Shown: positions 27,288-37,596, counted from the first letter of the stretch. The stretch: DNA of 64,000 bases from an uncultured Polyangiaceae bacterium (GCA_964577325.1 CAZNZA010000009.1:10698-74697); one strand, 5' to 3'. A program made the numbers and translations. Notes: generated by a model from the letters alone, not told the origin.

Positions 27288-27570
27288 TCACCTCGGGTCG
27301 CCTGGAGTTTCAGCCAGACCCAGCAAGGTCGGCACCGGGATCGCCCCTACCACCAGGTCGCCCGTGGTTTTTGGCCAGACCCAGCGAGGTCCGCGGCGAG
27401 TCGCGCGCAGCCGACTTCCGTCGGCGAGCACGCTCGACTTCAAGATCGCCCTACCATCACCACCAGGTCGCCCGTGGTTTTTGGCCAGACCCAGCGAGGT
27501 CGGCGGCGAGTCGCGCGGAGCCGACTTCCGTCGGCGAGCACGCTCGACGTCGAGATCGCGCAGGTATCGC
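27288..27570. repeat. Intergenic tandem repeat: two 110-bp units plus a truncated 63-bp unit, each full unit carrying a hairpin
   Basis: Units starting at 27351 and 27461 align with only a few mismatches until they diverge near the end of each unit (caccaggtcgcccgtggtttttggccagacccagcgaggtc...gccgacttccgtcggcgagcacgctcgac...). The unit at 27288 lacks the internal segment of about 45 nt. Hairpin: gccgac-ttcc-gtcggc. Located between convergent gene ends. Confidence 0.85.
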
Positions 27571-27585
27571 CAAAAAACACGCGAC

Positions 27586-28095
27586 CTAACCGAGCGCGCT
27601 CAGGATAGCGTCTGTAAAAGGCTTAAGGTCGTCCGGCTTACGGGAAGTGATGAAAGTGCCGTCGACCACGACTGCTTCATCCTCCCAGTGGGCCCCAGCG
27701 TTCACCAGGTCCTTTCGAATGGAAGGCCATGAGGTCATTCTCACGCCTCGGCAAGCGTCGGCTTCAATGAGCAGCGAGGGTCCGTGGCAAACGGCGGCGA
27801 TCAGAGTCTTGTTGCGCACGGCCTCATCGATGAAGCGGACCACCGCTTCGTCGGTTCTCAGCTGGTCTGGGGAATAGCCTCCAGGAATGACGACGGCGGA
27901 GAAGTCCTCCGCTCGTACATCCGCGGCACTCATGTTGACAGCGGTGCGCGACTCGCCGCGCTTGCCGGTGACCACTTCTTTTGACTTGCGACCGACTGTC
28001 ACGACCTCGTGCCCCGCTTCCCGCAGGGCGGCCACAGGTATCTCAAACTCGCTATCCTCGTAATCTGGGCCAATGGTAACCGCAATGCGCGCCAT
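27586..28095 (-). CDS. DJ-1/PfpI family protein (class I glutamine amidotransferase-like)
   Basis: MARIAVTIGPDYEDSEFEIP..., nucleophile elbow AAVCHGP, GGYSPDQLR. GAGGAGG lies upstream of ATG 28095. The ORF extends to 28152. Confidence 0.85.
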   Translation of the reverse strand: MARIAVTIGPDYEDSEFEIPVAALREAGHEVVTVGRKSKEVVTGKRGESRTAVNMSAADVRAEDFSAVVIPGGYSPDQLRTDEAVVRFIDEAVRNKTLIAAVCHGPSLLIEADACRGVRMTSWPSIRKDLVNAGAHWEDEAVVVDGTFITSRKPDDLKPFTDAILSALG

Positions 28096-28458
28096 GGGAC
28101 CTCCTCTTCTGGGTTTGGTTGTGTAGTGCATGAGCCGGCGGTGCCGGTTCAATTCACCAGTGCCAAGCGGTTACCGACCAGCAATTGCGGACAACGCGAC
28201 AACCGTCTCGCCAACTGCTATCTGGTAAAGCAACAAGCGCGCCACGGGTAAGCGCCTTTGCCAAAGGTGGGTGGGAGCGATCCGTAGTGGGTCAGCGCGT
28301 CTCGGAGTCTCAGGAGGACTTGCGTCAAACCGACTCGCTGTGACCGTAGGACGCGGTTTAGTGCCACGCCCGCTACGAGCACATCCTTGCGCTCACACCC
28401 CATTGCTGGGGCCGCCATTTAACCATGGTTTGGCCCGACCATTGCACTTCACGTATTC

Positions 28459-28950
28459 ATGGAACAGGAAGACAAGCAAGCAAAGGCACTGGAGTTGATG
28501 AAAGACTTTCGGACCGCCATGTTGGTCACGCATGGCGACGGCTCCGACTTCCATGCAAGGCCCATGGTCGTGGCGGAGCTGAGCGACTCTGGGCAAGTCA
28601 CCTTCCTCACGGACATTGGCTCAACCAAAGCGCGGGAGATTCGCGCGGACAGCACGGTCCTGCTGACTTTTCAAAGCGAACGCTCGTTCATGTCAGCAAC
28701 CGGACGGGCCACGGTGCGCCGGGACCCCGAAGCAGCTCGCCGCCACTGGTCGGTGATGGACGCCGCCTGGTTCGACGGCCCGGATGACCCGAGTCTCGGG
28801 GTGGTGACCGTTCAGCTCGAAACCGCGGAGTACTGGGATAATCGGGGGCGCAACTTGCTGAGCTTCATCGGAAGTCTAGTGCGGGGGGCCGTGCAGGGAG
28901 AGCGCCCACAACATGGCGACAACCAGCACGGGGTCGTCAACTTGAGCTAG
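28459..28950 (+). CDS. Pyridoxamine 5'-phosphate oxidase-like / general stress protein 26 family
   Basis: 163 aa. ...LMKDFRTAMLVTHGDGSDFHARPM..., AEYWDN. This pattern is typical of the PNPOx-like GSP26 family. Confidence 0.7.
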   Translation: MEQEDKQAKALELMKDFRTAMLVTHGDGSDFHARPMVVAELSDSGQVTFLTDIGSTKAREIRADSTVLLTFQSERSFMSATGRATVRRDPEAARRHWSVMDAAWFDGPDDPSLGVVTVQLETAEYWDNRGRNLLSFIGSLVRGAVQGERPQHGDNQHGVVNLS

Positions 28951-28963
28951 CCGTAGCGAACGC

Positions 28964-29641
28964 CTACCGGCGCGGTACGGCTTTGGCGCGGCTCTGGCCT
29001 CGGCGCACCGTAGGGGCTTTGAACGGTAGGCGGCGGCGTCTAGCGGCAAACAGTACGGTCGCAATGCCGCTCATCTCGACAATCCAGTTCAAACGCAAGC
29101 CAAACACCGTGCTGACGAGCCAGCGGTCGACATGGTGGAAAGACGCGGCGCGGATTACCACGAACGCTGCAACCAGTGCTGCGCCCAGAATGGCCACCCG
29201 CGTCCACCGGGCTGAATTCCACATCAGCACCATCACGGCGAGCAGGGTGACGACGGCGCCTACAGCAATGATCACGACGAAGGCTACCTGAACCAATCCG
29301 CGCTGCTCGTACCAACCCTGTCGGAACGCGATGCTACGCCCTAATTCAGTGAGGGCTGTTTGGAGGTCGAGCTGCTTGTTGATGCACAGCCCGCCAAACG
29401 CGATGGCGAGGCCGCGCCACAGCCACCGCTCCCGCGCCACTAGCCCACCGCCTGTTGGCAGGACGCGCGCCGTACGCCAGCACTGCCAGGCGCAGACCGC
29501 GTACAGAAGCACCGTGAGCCAGCCCATCAACGATGGATCGCCAATGCCGGGAGCCCAGCGGCCAATCCAGCCGCTACCAGGTTGCGTGACGAAAGCGATC
29601 AGGATCCCCGTGGTGTAGTTCAGGCGCGGGGGCTGACGCAA
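28964..29641 (-). CDS. Hypothetical polytopic membrane protein
   Basis: 225-aa ORF with about 5-6 hydrophobic segments and good coding-like composition. No family recognised. Confidence 0.4.
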   Translation of the reverse strand: MRQPPRLNYTTGILIAFVTQPGSGWIGRWAPGIGDPSLMGWLTVLLYAVCAWQCWRTARVLPTGGGLVARERWLWRGLAIAFGGLCINKQLDLQTALTELGRSIAFRQGWYEQRGLVQVAFVVIIAVGAVVTLLAVMVLMWNSARWTRVAILGAALVAAFVVIRAASFHHVDRWLVSTVFGLRLNWIVEMSGIATVLFAARRRRLPFKAPTVRRGQSRAKAVPRR

Positions 29642-29784
29642 CCGACGTGGGCGCTGGTGTCGCCAAGCAGGTTTGGCCGACAGGCCGCGAGGTGCCGCGC
29701 CGAAGGCAAGAGTCGGGAGTGCGCCGAATCGCGCGGCTCCGATTGCGACACGCTGCTTTCGGCGTTACCTATCGTCCTTCTCCG

Positions 29785-30120
29785 ATGGCGAACGAAAAAA
29801 AACCAGATCTCGAGCACGAGGGAGAGCTTGGCGTCGCCGAAGAACGAAAAACTAAAAGGCCGCGCCGATATTGCGTCGTGTTCCACAACGACGACTACAC
29901 CACGATGGAGTTCGTCGTTCACGTTCTCGAGAAGTTCTTCAAGAAGACTCCCACTGAGGCGACCCACATCATGCTCAACGTCCATCATCGCGGCTTCGGT
30001 ATCGCAGCCATATATTCTCGTGACGTCGCGGAGACGAAGGTATCGCGCGTCATGGATTACGCCAAAGAGCACGGCCATCCGCTAAGGGTGACCGCTGAAC
30101 CCGAAGGATTTGACGAATGA
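29785..30120 (+). CDS. clpS: ATP-dependent Clp protease adaptor ClpS
   Basis: RYCVVFHNDDYTTMEFVVHVLEKFFKKTPTEATHIMLNVHHRGFGIAAIYSRDVAETK is a near-canonical ClpS core. ATGA overlap with clpA. Confidence 0.9.
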   Translation: MANEKKPDLEHEGELGVAEERKTKRPRRYCVVFHNDDYTTMEFVVHVLEKFFKKTPTEATHIMLNVHHRGFGIAAIYSRDVAETKVSRVMDYAKEHGHPLRVTAEPEGFDE

Positions 30121-32414
30121 AGGTGAGTGCCGAAGTGGAGATCGCCTGCTCAGTGGCGGCAACGGAAGCCAATCGGCGCGGGCACGAAGTGATGACGGTC
30201 GAGCATCTGCTCTACGCGCTGCTGATGGACCATCGCACCGCCCGCATCCTCACCCGCGCGGGAGCGAACGTGGAGGGAATCAAGAGCGCGCTAGAGCGTT
30301 TCTTCGATCAGGAATTGGGATCGGAGGAGCACGAGCCCGACACCACCCCGGTCACATCCAATGGCTTTCGTCGCGTTTTGCAACGTGCGGCCATTCACGT
30401 GGAATCGAGCGGAAAAGACGAGTTGCAAGGCGTCAACGTGGTGATTGCCATGTTTGCCGAACCCGACTGCCCAGCTGTCAAGGCAATGGAGGATAACGGC
30501 CTCACGCGCTTTCAACTGGTCTCGCACGTTTCCCACGGCGCCGACGCCGGGCCTTCCGAGCGCACGGAGCGAGTAGGTTCTGACGACGACGACGATTCCG
30601 AGGGCGCTCCCCAAGAGGAACCCCTCCGACGTTTCGCGGTCGACTTGAACGAAAGGGCCCGCGAAGGCCGTATCGATCCATTGATTGGACGCGAAAAAGA
30701 GGTGCGGCGGGCCATTCAAATATTGGCGCGGCGACGCAAGAACAACCCCTTGTTCGTGGGTGACGCGGGCGTGGGTAAGACAGCCATCGTGGAAGGCTTG
30801 GCCTCCAAGATCGTTGCTGGTGAGGTGCCGAAACAACTGTCGAATGCTGTCGTTTACGCGCTGGACATGGGAGCACTCCTGGCTGGAACCAAATTCAGAG
30901 GCGAGTTCGAGGGACGAATGAAAGCCGTCATTCAGGCCCTGGAGGAACGCCCTGGGTCCATTCTCTTCGTCGACGAATTGCACACGGTAATTGGCGCCGG
31001 TGCTGCGGGGGGAGGAACCGTGGACGCCTCGAATCTGCTCAAGCCCGCCTTGAGCAGTGGGCGCGTTCGCTGCATCGGAGCAACGACCTTCGAGGAGTAC
31101 CGCAAACACATGGAGCGCGACACCGCCCTGACACGCCGCTTTCAGCGCATCGACGTCAACGAACCCACGGCGGATGAAACCATCCTCATCCTCCACGGCC
31201 TCAAACCTCGCTACGAGGAATTCCATGAGGTTACCTACGAAGACGAGGCCATCGAAGCGGCGGCGCGTTTGGCCGAGAAGCATCTGCGGGATCGTCGCCT
31301 TCCCGACAAGGCCATCGACCTGTTAGACGAAACCGGTGCCGACGCCAAGCTGGAGAGCGATGGGGCGACTAAGCCCAGCGTCGACGTCCGACGCGTGGAA
31401 GCAGTGGTGGCTCGTATGGCACAGATCCCGCCCCGGCAGGTATCCTCCGACGATAAGTCAGCGCTGAAGAACTTGGAGTCAGAGCTACGAAGCAAAGTCT
31501 TCGGGCAAGAGCAAGCCATCAAAGAGCTGGCGAGTGCCATCAAGCTAGCGAGAGCGGGGCTTCGGCCGCCGGAAAAGCCGATAGGCTCCTACTTGTTCGC
31601 GGGACCCACGGGTGTCGGTAAGACGGAAGTTGCCAAGCAGCTGGCCCAGATCATGGGTATCGAGTTGCTCCGGTTCGACATGAGCGAATACATGGAGCGG
31701 CACACTGTCTCACGCTTGATCGGCGCCCCGCCCGGCTATGTAGGCCACGATAACGGCGGTCTCATGACGGAAGCCGTTTCCAAGACACCCCATTCGGTGG
31801 TCCTGTTGGATGAGATCGAAAAGGCTCATCCAGACATCTTCAACGTACTGCTACAGATCATGGATCACGGCACGTTGACGGACAACAACGGGAAGAAGGC
31901 GGACTTCCGGCACGTGGTCTTGATCATGACGAGCAACGTAGGCGCTCAGGATCTCGCCAAGTCGCGCGTTGGCTTTGGTCAGCGAGATATGCGCGGAGAC
32001 GCAGACATCGCGTACAAGAACACCTTCAGCCCCGAATTCCGAAACCGCCTGGATGCCAAGATCATGTTTTCGCCGCTAAGCCCGGACGTCATGACGAGTA
32101 TCGTAGAAAAAGCGATCCGTGAGACGCTCACTTTGCTCGAGGAGCGTAAAGTGACCCTGGAGCTGACCCCGGCTGCCACCGCGTACTTAGCTACCAAGGG
32201 TTACGACCGCGACAACGGAGCACGCCCTCTCAACCGCTTGATTCAAGACGAATTGAAGCGTCCTCTCAGCGACGAGATTCTATTCGGAGAGCTCCAAGAC
32301 GGAGGCCATGTCGTGGTCGACGTCGAGCGTTCGGAAGCGGCAAAAGCTCCCGAGGCTGAGTCTGCATTCAAGGCCACTGAGCACCTGGTTTTTCGCTTTC
32401 CGTCCAAAGCTTGA
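30117..32414 (+). CDS. clpA: ATP-dependent Clp protease ATP-binding subunit ClpA
   Basis: 765 aa. Clp_N repeats. Two AAA+ modules ([15 protein letters not shown]; [15 protein letters not shown]). No long ClpB-type middle domain. Immediately follows clpS. Confidence 0.9.
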   Translation: MKVSAEVEIACSVAATEANRRGHEVMTVEHLLYALLMDHRTARILTRAGANVEGIKSALERFFDQELGSEEHEPDTTPVTSNGFRRVLQRAAIHVESSGKDELQGVNVVIAMFAEPDCPAVKAMEDNGLTRFQLVSHVSHGADAGPSERTERVGSDDDDDSEGAPQEEPLRRFAVDLNERAREGRIDPLIGREKEVRRAIQILARRRKNNPLFVGDAGVGKTAIVEGLASKIVAGEVPKQLSNAVVYALDMGALLAGTKFRGEFEGRMKAVIQALEERPGSILFVDELHTVIGAGAAGGGTVDASNLLKPALSSGRVRCIGATTFEEYRKHMERDTALTRRFQRIDVNEPTADETILILHGLKPRYEEFHEVTYEDEAIEAAARLAEKHLRDRRLPDKAIDLLDETGADAKLESDGATKPSVDVRRVEAVVARMAQIPPRQVSSDDKSALKNLESELRSKVFGQEQAIKELASAIKLARAGLRPPEKPIGSYLFAGPTGVGKTEVAKQLAQIMGIELLRFDMSEYMERHTVSRLIGAPPGYVGHDNGGLMTEAVSKTPHSVVLLDEIEKAHPDIFNVLLQIMDHGTLTDNNGKKADFRHVVLIMTSNVGAQDLAKSRVGFGQRDMRGDADIAYKNTFSPEFRNRLDAKIMFSPLSPDVMTSIVEKAIRETLTLLEERKVTLELTPAATAYLATKGYDRDNGARPLNRLIQDELKRPLSDEILFGELQDGGHVVVDVERSEAAKAPEAESAFKATEHLVFRFPSKA

Positions 32415-32454
32415 ACTGCCCGGGGCCGAGTCGTGAACGCGTGCTCACCAGCGT

Positions 32455-34035
32455 TCACTGCTCGCGTGTTTTCTGGAAGCGGAGTTTTGGAAAATCCTTT
32501 TGTGTTCGCTCGAGATGCCAATCGTTGCGCGCCAAGAAAACGGGTCGCCCCACATGGTCATCAGCGAGGGAAGCTGAGTTTTCAGCCTCGAAGCGTTTAA
32601 ATTCCGCCTGCTCGTCGGCTTCAATCCAGCGCGCGGTATACAAGCTGGTCCCTTCGAAGCGCACGTCAACGTTGTATTCGGTACGGACGCGATCCGCGAG
32701 CACGTCGAACTGTAGACTACCCACCACCCCGACGATCCACGTAGAGCCGAGACGAGCTTTGAAACAGCTGGCGGCGCCTTCTTCGGCGAGCTGAACGAGA
32801 GCTCGCTCGAGGTGCTTCGCTTTCATTGGATCGACGGTACGCACCGTGCGAAGTAGCTCGGGCGCGAAGCTAGGAATGCCGGTAAAGTGCAGCTCCTCGC
32901 CCTCCGTCAAGGTATCGCCCACGCGCAGCTTGCCGTGGTTGGGGATGCCGATGATGTCTCCCGCCCAAGCCTCGGCAGCCAGTTCTCGATCTTGGGCCAA
33001 GAACATGACCGGATTGTGGATCTTCAGTTGCGAACCGGACGGCACGTGCTTGAGGCGATGCCCGCGCTCGAAGTGCCCGGAGATGAGACGGAAGAAGGCG
33101 ATGCGGTCACGGTGCTTGGGGTCCATGTTCGCCTGGATCTTGAAGACGAATCCAGTCACCGGCTTCTCGTCGGGGCGCACGAGCCGCTCGCGCGCGGCGC
33201 GTGCTTGCGGCGCAGGGGCAAACTCTCCGAGGCCATTGAGAAGTTCACGCACGCCGAAGTTGTTCAGCGCGCTACCGAAAAAGACCGGTGTCATGTGCCC
33301 CTCCCGATAAGACTCGAGACGAAACTCCTTGCACAGGCCTCGCGCCATCTCGACTTCCTCGCGCAGCGTTTCGAGCGCCGCGGCAGGCAGGTATTGCTCG
33401 AGCTTCGGATCGTGGAGCCCCTCACACGTGATGCCGCCGGAGATGGACGAGCGTTGTTTGCTGTCCATCAGGATCAGCTGCTCGCGAAACAGGTCATAGC
33501 AGCCGAGGAAGTTCGGTCCGGAACCGATGGGCCAACTTGCTGGCGTTACATCCAGCGCTAGCTTCTGTTCAATCTCGTCCAAGAGCTCGAACGAGTCTTG
33601 AGCCTCCCGATCCATCTTGTTGATGAAGGTGATCACGGGCACATCCCGCATGCGACACACTTCGAACAGCTTCAGCGTTTGTGCTTCGATGCCTTTGGCA
33701 GCATCGAGCACCATGATTGCTGAATCGACCGCAGTGAGCGTTCGATACGTATCCTCGCTGAAGTCCTCGTGACCGGGCGTGTCGAGCAGGTTGTACGTCT
33801 TCTGCTCGAAATCGAACGTCATGGCGGAAGCGGTGACGCTGATCCCTCGCTCCTGCTCCACCTTCATCCAGTCCGATCGCGCTCGGCGAAAATCGCCCTT
33901 CGCTTTGACAGCGCCCGCCATTTGGATCGCCCCGCCAAACAGCAAGAGCTTTTCGGTGAGCGTCGTTTTACCGGCGTCGGGATGTGAGATGATGGCGAAG
34001 GTGCGCCGACGTTCGATGGCTTGTTTCGGAGTCAT
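32455..34035 (-). CDS. prfC: Peptide chain release factor 3
   Basis: 526 aa. RRRTFAIISHPDAGKTTLTEKLLLFGGAIQ, LLDTPGHEDF, NKMDRE GTPase motifs. Overall RF3 length and pattern. Confidence 0.92.
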   Translation of the reverse strand: MTPKQAIERRRTFAIISHPDAGKTTLTEKLLLFGGAIQMAGAVKAKGDFRRARSDWMKVEQERGISVTASAMTFDFEQKTYNLLDTPGHEDFSEDTYRTLTAVDSAIMVLDAAKGIEAQTLKLFEVCRMRDVPVITFINKMDREAQDSFELLDEIEQKLALDVTPASWPIGSGPNFLGCYDLFREQLILMDSKQRSSISGGITCEGLHDPKLEQYLPAAALETLREEVEMARGLCKEFRLESYREGHMTPVFFGSALNNFGVRELLNGLGEFAPAPQARAARERLVRPDEKPVTGFVFKIQANMDPKHRDRIAFFRLISGHFERGHRLKHVPSGSQLKIHNPVMFLAQDRELAAEAWAGDIIGIPNHGKLRVGDTLTEGEELHFTGIPSFAPELLRTVRTVDPMKAKHLERALVQLAEEGAASCFKARLGSTWIVGVVGSLQFDVLADRVRTEYNVDVRFEGTSLYTARWIEADEQAEFKRFEAENSASLADDHVGRPVFLARNDWHLERTQKDFPKLRFQKTREQ

Positions 34036-34104
34036 GGAGTCACGAGTCGGAATGAGAAGGGATCCGACACGGCGGAGATAGCAAGGTTTGGTGGCTTACA
34101 ACCA

Positions 34105-34929
34105 TCAGGCGAGCGTGACGAGCATCGTTTCGCGCGAAGCGAAAACGTTCGGCCACATCTTTTTCGCCTCACGCTCTATTTGCTCCATCTGAAGGTCCTC
34201 ATGATCAGGATCGTGATGAAACAGCGCAAGTTGCTTTACGTCGGCGCTCGAGCAGAGCCGTACCCCCTCTTGCCAAGTCGAATGACCCCAACCTACTCGA
34301 CGCTGAAACTCCTCGTCCGTGTACGTCGAGTCGTACACGACGAGATCCGCCCCCTCGATGAGCCCAAGCACTGACTGATCAGGCTGGCCCGGGACGTGTT
34401 CGGTGTCCGTTACATAGCAGATGGACTTGCCCGAGTATTCGATGCGGTAACCTGTAGCCCCACTTGGATGGTTGAGGGGTGCGGTCTTCACACGCACCTC
34501 CGGGCCCAACCAAAACTCGTCTCCGGCCCTGAAGTCTTCGAACTCCAGCTGCCCGCTCATCGCCTCGAGCGGGACAGGAAAGGTAGGCTGAGCCATCTGG
34601 CCCGCAAACACCGCCTTGACGCCGCCAGCGTCGCTCAAGTGACCTGCCCGAATGCGAAAGTGGCGGTCTTTCTCGAAGGCTGGTCCAAAGAAGGGAAACC
34701 CGCTGATGTGATCCCAGTGGGTGTGCGTCAAAAGCAGATCGGCCGAGCGCACGTCTGCGCGCGAAAGCTCGTGCCCGAGGCCGCGGATCCCCGTGCCGGC
34801 ATCGAGCACGATGCGCTGTTCTCCCGCGATGACCTCCAAGCAACTCGTGTTGCCACCGAAGCCAACGTGCCGAGGCGAGGGACAAGCGATGCTTCCGCGC
34901 ACTCCCCAGAATTTTACCGCGAATCCCAT
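34105..34929 (-). CDS. MBL-fold metallo-hydrolase
   Basis: FWGVRGSIACP...GGNTSCLEV...LDAGTG...LLLTHTHWDHISGFPFF (HxHxDH). ATG 34929 is preferred; the ORF opens at 34980. Confidence 0.75.
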   Translation of the reverse strand: MGFAVKFWGVRGSIACPSPRHVGFGGNTSCLEVIAGEQRIVLDAGTGIRGLGHELSRADVRSADLLLTHTHWDHISGFPFFGPAFEKDRHFRIRAGHLSDAGGVKAVFAGQMAQPTFPVPLEAMSGQLEFEDFRAGDEFWLGPEVRVKTAPLNHPSGATGYRIEYSGKSICYVTDTEHVPGQPDQSVLGLIEGADLVVYDSTYTDEEFQRRVGWGHSTWQEGVRLCSSADVKQLALFHHDPDHEDLQMEQIEREAKKMWPNVFASRETMLVTLA

Positions 34930-35151
34930 CCGCTGATCACCAACTCCAAGCGCGTGCGTAACCGGCAGTCGTTCCGCCAAAGGCTATTCCAAACCATCCC
35001 CCTGACGCAACCTCTTACGCTCCTGCCCCACACCCTAGCCTACATTCGCCCATGCGCTCCTCGCATGCCCGAACTTGGCCGCTTAGCGATTGGCCAAGAA
35101 GGCCGTTCATATCCTAGTGCCGTGTTTGCCCAATAGCTCACGAGGCGCCGG

Positions 35152-36528
35152 ATGAGCCCTCGGAACCGTCTTTTTCTCGAAATTGCGCTGCAGCAAAGTT
35201 TGCTAGACCGCACGACGGCAGCGCGCCTGTTGCAGCAAGCAACCAGCGAAGGACTCAGCTTGAGACAGCTTCTGCTCAACGAGCGCCTGCTAACCAGCGC
35301 TCAGGCGGACGAGATAGATGCCGCGTGCGACCGTTTGCTCAGCGGGCGTGGTAGTCGCGACGCAAGTGCGCCCGCGGCCAACCTGGGCAATGTCGGGTCC
35401 CCGGCGGCCGAAAAGCCACGAGCATCCATCCCGGAGGAGCCGCGCCACGTCGCCGTATCCGCAGCCGTGGATGAAGCTCGCGCACCCTATCTGCACAAGG
35501 TGCTGACGTACGCTATGAGAAAGGGGGCTAGCGACCTACACGTGCATGCCGATGCTCCCCTTGCGGCGCGCATCGACGCGCAGTTAGCGCCACTGAAAGG
35601 TGACGCCATCATCAGCAATCGTGACGCCTACCGTATGATCGCCCAGTTGCTCACGCAGGAGCAGTTGGACCAGCTGAACCAGAAAGGCCAACTCGACTTT
35701 GCGTATACCATTGCCGACGTCGGCCGCTTTCGGGTGAACGTCTACCGCAGCTTTCGTGGCACGGACGCCGTGTTCAGGCTCATTCCTTCGCATATCCGCA
35801 CTCTGGCGGAGCTTCAGTTGCCGGAGTCGCTCACTAGTCTCACCGACTTTCGTACCGGTATCGTTCTGTGCACGGGCCCAACGGGTTGCGGTAAGTCGAC
35901 CACGCTAGCCGCACTGCTGCAACACCTCAACTGCACCCGGCAAGAACACATCATCACCTTGGAGAATCCGGTCGAGCACGTGTATCCGTCGGGCATGTGT
36001 TGGGTCAACCAACGTGAGGTTCGCAGCCACACGCAATCCTTCTCCCGCGCCTTGCGCGCCGCTCTGAGAGAGGACCCTGACGTGATCGCCATCACGGAGC
36101 TGCGCGACCGAGAATCGATGGGACTTGCCCTGAGCGCCGCCGAAACCGGACACTTGGTGCTCGGCACCTTGCATACAGCCAGCGCGGCACAGACCATCAG
36201 CCGGATCATCAATGCCTTCCCGGGTCCGGAGCAGGAGCACGTTCGAGCACAGCTAAGCGAAGGTTTACGGGCTGTCATCAGTCAGCGCTTGCTGCCGCGC
36301 GCCGACGGGCAAGGACTCGTGCCTGCCGTCGAAGTACTGATCGTGACCACGGCGGTGGCTAACATCATCCGTGACGACAAGGTCTTTCAGTTGCCCTCAG
36401 TCATGCAGACTGGCAAGGCCCTGGGAATGACCAGTCTCGATGACTCGCTACAAGCACTCGTGGTTCAGGGTGTCGTGCTCAAGAAGGACGCTCACGCCAT
36501 CGCCACGCAGAAGGAACGCTTCCTCTAG
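35152..36528 (+). CDS. PilT-family type IV pilus ATPase with an N-terminal extension of about 110 aa (T2SSE_N/MshEN-like)
   Basis: Core from about aa 112: ASDLHV, Walker A GPTGCGKST, Asp box ITLENPVE, Walker B VIAITELRD, His box GTLHT. The N-terminus LFLEIALQQSLLDRTTAARLLQQATSEGLSLRQLLLNERLLTSAQADEI resembles the paired helical repeats of GspE/PilB N-domains. Confidence 0.8.
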   Translation: MSPRNRLFLEIALQQSLLDRTTAARLLQQATSEGLSLRQLLLNERLLTSAQADEIDAACDRLLSGRGSRDASAPAANLGNVGSPAAEKPRASIPEEPRHVAVSAAVDEARAPYLHKVLTYAMRKGASDLHVHADAPLAARIDAQLAPLKGDAIISNRDAYRMIAQLLTQEQLDQLNQKGQLDFAYTIADVGRFRVNVYRSFRGTDAVFRLIPSHIRTLAELQLPESLTSLTDFRTGIVLCTGPTGCGKSTTLAALLQHLNCTRQEHIITLENPVEHVYPSGMCWVNQREVRSHTQSFSRALRAALREDPDVIAITELRDRESMGLALSAAETGHLVLGTLHTASAAQTISRIINAFPGPEQEHVRAQLSEGLRAVISQRLLPRADGQGLVPAVEVLIVTTAVANIIRDDKVFQLPSVMQTGKALGMTSLDDSLQALVVQGVVLKKDAHAIATQKERFL

Positions 36529-36534
36529 GAAAAA

Positions 36535-37596
36535 ATGGCTCACATCGAACAGCTCTTTTCCGCCCTGAGAGACCAGGGCGGTTCCGACCTGCACCTAAGC
36601 GCGGGCAAACCAGCAGCGTACCGCAACGCGGGCCACATCGAACCACTGCCTGACGCTAGCGTTTTGAGTGACGCCCACCTGCGGGAGATGCTCAAGACAA
36701 TCGTTTCAGATGAACAGTGGCAAGCCTTCGAGCGCGAGCGCGATCTGGACTTTGCCTATGCGCTCGAAGGGGTGGGGCGCTTCCGCGGCAACTACTTCGA
36801 ACAGCAGCACGGCGTGGCGGCAGTGTTCCGCATGATCCCCGAGCAAGTAATTCCCGTGGAACAACTGGGCCTTCCCGCTGCCGTTCCCGAGCTGGCCAAC
36901 CTCGACGCCGGGCTAGTCCTGGTGACGGGACCAACCGGCAGTGGCAAGTCGACCACCCTTGCATCCATCATCGATCTCATCAACCGCCGCCACAGCAAGC
37001 ACATCGTAACCATCGAGGACCCGCTGGAATTCGTGCACCGCAATCGCCGCAGCGTCGTTTCCCACCGCGAAGTCGGAACTCATGCGCAAACGTTCGCTGA
37101 TGCTCTGGCCGCGGCTTTGCGACAAGATGCCGATGTGGTGCTGGTCGGGGAAATGCGCGACTACGAGACCATAGCCCTCGCCATGGAGGGAGCGAGCATG
37201 GGGATTCTCGTATTTGGAACGCTGCACACGAATGGCGCTGCGAAGACGGTGGATCGCATCGTCGACGTTTTCCCGCGTGAACAAAAGGCCCAGGCGCGCG
37301 GCATGCTCGCCGAAGCGCTTCAGGCCGTGGTCTCGCAGATCCTGTGCCGCAAAATCGGCGGCGGAAGGGTGGGCATGCACGAGGTTTTGCTGCGCGACAC
37401 GGGGCTAGCGGGTGCCATCCGCGAAGCCAATCCGGGTATGCTCAACTCCATCATTGGGGCGGGCAAAGGTCGAGGCATGCAACTGCTCGACGACGCCTTG
37501 GAACGAGGCGTGCGCGAGGGCGTGATCGAGCGCGAGGAAGCGTATCGCAAAGCCAACGACAAAAAGCGGTTCAAAACGGGGCCAGCACCCGTTTAG
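36535..37596 (+). CDS. pilT: Type IV pilus twitching motility ATPase PilT
   Basis: 353 aa, canonical size. GSDLHL, GPTGSGKSTTLAS, VTIEDPLEF, VVLVGEMRD, GTLHTNGAAKT. Confidence 0.85.
   Translation: MAHIEQLFSALRDQGGSDLHLSAGKPAAYRNAGHIEPLPDASVLSDAHLREMLKTIVSDEQWQAFERERDLDFAYALEGVGRFRGNYFEQQHGVAAVFRMIPEQVIPVEQLGLPAAVPELANLDAGLVLVTGPTGSGKSTTLASIIDLINRRHSKHIVTIEDPLEFVHRNRRSVVSHREVGTHAQTFADALAAALRQDADVVLVGEMRDYETIALAMEGASMGILVFGTLHTNGAAKTVDRIVDVFPREQKAQARGMLAEALQAVVSQILCRKIGGGRVGMHEVLLRDTGLAGAIREANPGMLNSIIGAGKGRGMQLLDDALERGVREGVIEREEAYRKANDKKRFKTGPAPV

Noticed and set aside
27288-27570. Possible CRISPR array
   Set aside because: There are only 2.5 contiguous units with no unique spacers between them. 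A 110-bp unit is far too long for a CRISPR repeat, and no cas genes are present in the window.
27226-27732. Plus-strand ORFs (168 aa and 72 aa) across the 110-bp repeats, giving repeated peptides
   Set aside because: The repeated peptide is a by-product of the DNA repeat. 110 bp is not a multiple of 3, so successive units are read in different frames. The products are Arg-rich, and the 168-aa ORF also overlaps the 3' end of the DJ-1 gene on the opposite strand.
29795-29802. A8 homopolymer at codons 4-6 of clpS
   Set aside because: It simply encodes Glu-Lys-Lys at the disordered N-terminus. clpS is housekeeping and nothing suggests phase variation or programmed frameshifting.
30291-31283. 330-aa minus-strand ORF
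   Set aside because: It lies entirely antisense to clpA, has no recognisable motifs and is a typical GC-rich shadow ORF.
35040-35151. Sigma54-type (-24 GG / -12 GC) promoter upstream of the first pilT paralogue
   Set aside because: The TTGGCC elements present do not have the required GG-N10-GC spacing or a TTGC at -12.
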